Assembly: GCA_963765765.1 (NCBI GenBank)
Contig: CAVXYC010000014.1
Location: 288,001 to 352,000 of the forward strand
Source: an uncultured Chloroflexia bacterium
Lineage (GTDB): Bacteria > Chloroflexota > UBA6077 > JACCZL01
Length of the DNA stretch: 64,000 nucleotides
Direction of reading: 5' to 3'
Part shown: one piece after another, positions 61,478 through 64,000 of the stretch
Layout of the letters: each line of letters starts with the position of its first letter
How positions within the stretch are numbered: position 1 is the first letter of the stretch
Made by a program: the position numbers and the translations under genes
The notes under the pieces: model-generated
Told to the model about the DNA's origin: nothing
The model's input: only the letters and a program-made list of their open reading frames with translations
Databases searched by the model: none

Positions 61478-62335
61478 TTAGGGGATCGACCGTTCTAGCG
61501 CTGGCGTCAGCGCCGCCATCTCCTCGAGCACGTCGACGCGCTGCTCGACCAGAATGCGCGCTTTCCGACGGGTCTCGCGAGCGTACTCGGGATCGATCTC
61601 GCAGACCAGGATGTCCTCCTGATCGTCGAGTATCGTGACGTTCTTGGCCTCGGGGATCGGCCAGCAAGCTCTGGCCGCCCGGACCAGCCACACCGGGCAG
61701 GTGCGCGGCGCACGCTGCCAGTACCCAGATGGAGTTGAGACGTGCCATACCGCGGCCTGCTGAGGCCAAGACTCTGCTGCGCCTCCGAAGCCTGTCCCCC
61801 AGGTGTGGCTGGGATGCACAAGGACGTCCGCACCCTCGAGCGCCGGGATGCGCGCGGTCTTCAGGAATTGACGCTCGAAGCAGATGTTGACGCCGAATCG
61901 GGCGTCGTCGGCATCCCAGACGGGGCTCGGAAGGTTACCCGGTGAGAAGAGATACTGCTCGTTGGCTCGACGATTGGGCAAGAAGCGCTTGCGATAGTGA
62001 GCGACGACGTCGCTCGATGGATCGATGGTGAAGACAGCGTTGAAATAGGCGTCGCCGCCCACGACGTCGTGCTCGAAGAGTGGGACGCACAGCCAGACAC
62101 CGAGCTCGCGGTTAGTCTGGGACATCCGCGTGATCGTTGGCCCATCCACTGTTTCAGCGACATGAAGAGGCTCGGGCTCGAGGGGCTCGGTGACGGAGCC
62201 GCAAGCAAAAAACTCCGGGAATGCCAGCAGCCGAGCGCCTTGATGGGCAGCCTGGCGCGCAAGGTCGATCGCTCGGCTGACGTTGTACTCAACATCGCCG
62301 AATCGCGAGGCAGTCTGGATGGCGGCGATTTTCAT
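61478..62335 (-). CDS. Carbon-nitrogen hydrolase (nitrilase superfamily); two compensating indels in the 3' third
   Basis: Catalytic triad FPE / YRK / ICFE; the alternative frame supplies MARLNSIWV..GGQSLLADPRG. Confidence 0.88.
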   Translation of the reverse strand: MKIAAIQTASRFGDVEYNVSRAIDLARQAAHQGARLLAFPEFFACGSVTEPLEPEPLHVAETVDGPTITRMSQTNRELGVWLCVPLFEHDVVGGDAYFNAVFTIDPSSDVVAHYRKRFLPNRRANEQYLFSPGNLPSPVWDADDARFGVNICFERQFLKTARIPALEGADVLVHPSHTWGTGFGGAAESWPQQAAVWHVSTPSGYWQRAPRTCPVWLVRAARACWPIPEAKNVTILDDQEDILVCEIDPEYARETRRKARILVEQRVDVLEEMAALTPALERSIP

Positions 62336-62565
62336 GGGAGCTCCCTTTCGCGTAGAGCTTGGACTAGAGAATCCGCACCCGCAGCGTCTGCGTGCTATCA
62401 CGCTGCACGGCCCGCGACTCAGCTGCCGATGGCCGCGTGAATGTAGCGAAAGCCGCGCGGTGGCCCGCACCAGCACGGCCGGATTGGTACTCTGCCCGCG
62501 CGAGCGCTCGCGGGTCTTGCTCATGCTAGCTACCTCGCGTTGGATTACCCCGCAACGGGAGGCCG

Positions 62566-63410
62566 CTACTTCACCAATCGCGCGTACATCTCCGGCCGCC
62601 GATCGCGGAAGAAGCCCCACTGTTGTTGCGCTACGTAGGATTCGGCTGGATCGAACTCGGTCACCAGCACCTCGTCATCGGTGTCGCTTGCCTCAGCCAC
62701 GATCTGCCCTTGCGGATTGACCAGGATGCTGTGACCAGTCCATTCGCCGAACTGATGCGCGTCTTCGTCTTCGCCAACACGATTGACGCCGGCGACCCAA
62801 CAGCCGTTGTTGTGCGCCGCGGCTTGAAGCTCGAAGACCCAGGAGGATTCGCGCGTGCCGCGGGTCGTGGTGGGCACGCAGATGAGCTGGGCGCCGTTGA
62901 GCGCTAGCGCCCGGAAATGCTCGGGGAAATGCCGGTCGAAGCAAATGATGACGCCGATATTGATCCCAAGCGGCGTTGGAAATACCGGAAAGCCCAGATC
63001 GCCCGGCTGGAAGTAGTACTTTTCGAACCCGGTGGGTGTCCTCCGGTGCGGCGAATGAGCGGGATGCTGCTCTTCCGATACTTGCCGATCAGCTCGCCAT
63101 CAGGCCCGATGACGGCGGCCGAGTTGTAGAACTCACTACCGCCAACCGACTCGAACAGCGGGACTACTAGCACTAGCCCGCGCTCACGAGCCACGGCTGA
63201 GAAGTGCTCGGTGGTGGGCCCTGGGATCGGCTCGGCCCACTTGAAGTAACGGTCGTTCTCTTCGAAGCAGAAGTAGATCGTGTTGGAGAGCTCGTGCAGA
63301 CAGACGATCTGCGCGCCCTGATTGGACGCCTGGCAGACCAGATCGGTCGCGCGAGAGATGTTCGCGTCCTTATCCTGGCGACCCGCGAACTGAACCATGC
63401 CGATTTTCAT
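62566..63410 (-). CDS. Carbon-nitrogen hydrolase, beta-ureidopropionase/N-carbamoylputrescine amidase-like, frameshift near 63025
   Basis: CLHEL..YFC, AEPIPGP, YNSAAV, KYRK.SIP, EKYYFQPGDLGFPVF, ICFDRHFPE, FFRDRRPEMY. Confidence 0.88.
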
Positions 63411-63581
63411 GAGCCACCCTCCTAGGCGCGGCAAGGCACGGTGCTATCCGGCGTAGCGTTTCAGGCGCTGTACATATGGAGTGCCGTGCGGCTTGAACGC
63501 ACCCACTATACTGCGATTCTTGGCGCCAGAGTATGCTGTTGCGTTATACGCCGCGGACGAATTCCGGAAGGGGGAAGGCAT

Positions 63582-64000
63582 ATGGAACGCGATCTCGTCG
63601 GATACGGAAAAGAGACACCGCGTGTGGAGTGGCCGGATGGTGCGCGGATCGCCATTTCGATGGTCGTGAACTATGAGGAGGGCTCGGAGCGCACGCCGCT
63701 GTATGGCGACGACTCGCACGAGACGGCAGGCGAGATCGCGTCCAGCAAGCCACGTGAGGCGCGCAGCCTGCAGACCGAGACACAGTGGGAATACGGCGGC
63801 CGGGCCGGTGTCTGGCGACTCCTCAGGATCCTCAAAAAGTACGACGTCAAGGGCACGTTCTACGTGTGCGCTCTGGCGCTGGAGCACAACCCGCCGCTGG
63901 GGCCCGAGATCGTGGCCCAGGGTCACGACGTTAACGGCCACGGCTACCGCTGGATCGAGCAGTGGCACCTGAGCAAGGAAGACGAGCAGGAAAGCATTCA
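63582..64000 (+). CDS. PuuE-like allantoinase / polysaccharide deacetylase family, runs off window end
   Basis: Manual translation MERDLVGYGKETPRVEWPDGARIAISMVVNYEEGSE...WEYGGRAGVWRL...GHGYRW. Confidence 0.88.
   Translation, partial: MERDLVGYGKETPRVEWPDGARIAISMVVNYEEGSERTPLYGDDSHETAGEIASSKPREARSLQTETQWEYGGRAGVWRLLRILKKYDVKGTFYVCALALEHNPPLGPEIVAQGHDVNGHGYRWIEQWHLSKEDEQESI

Overview
GC-rich bacterial chromosome segment. The gene style (LLM oxidoreductase, double zinc-ribbon protein, several MalT-like LuxR regulators, orphan substrate-binding lipoproteins) suggests Chloroflexota; this is inference. 1-8.9 kb holds intact housekeeping-type genes (DUF169, RidA, TPR, GalT-like, AttH/CrtC-like lipoprotein, MMPL), a 17-unit CCCCTAA telomere-like tandem repeat and tRNA-Ala(GGC). 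9-55 kb is an accessory-looking region with no integrase or transposase that I could find. It is dense in signalling genes (three MalT-like STAND-LuxR, GAF/PAS-LuxR, two kinases, Hpt-REC, NarL) and membrane genes (HdeD x2, RDD, SPFH, AI-2E, DUF1269 x3, HtrA), with REP-like repeat clusters. 55-64 kb is an amide/ureide catabolism-like cluster (binding proteins, amidohydrolase, two nitrilases, PuuE-like). Many genes carry 1-bp indels that look like long-read consensus errors. Best novel candidate: an 81-aa protein ending VIVPRVAGG (ubiquitin/MoaD-like tail) coupled to a membrane-anchored single-Cys protein (24351-25079), with no E1 or JAB in the window. Other leads: two unannotated small domain families each present twice, and a recurrent TGnCA-N2-TGnCA operator-like motif upstream of the membrane genes.
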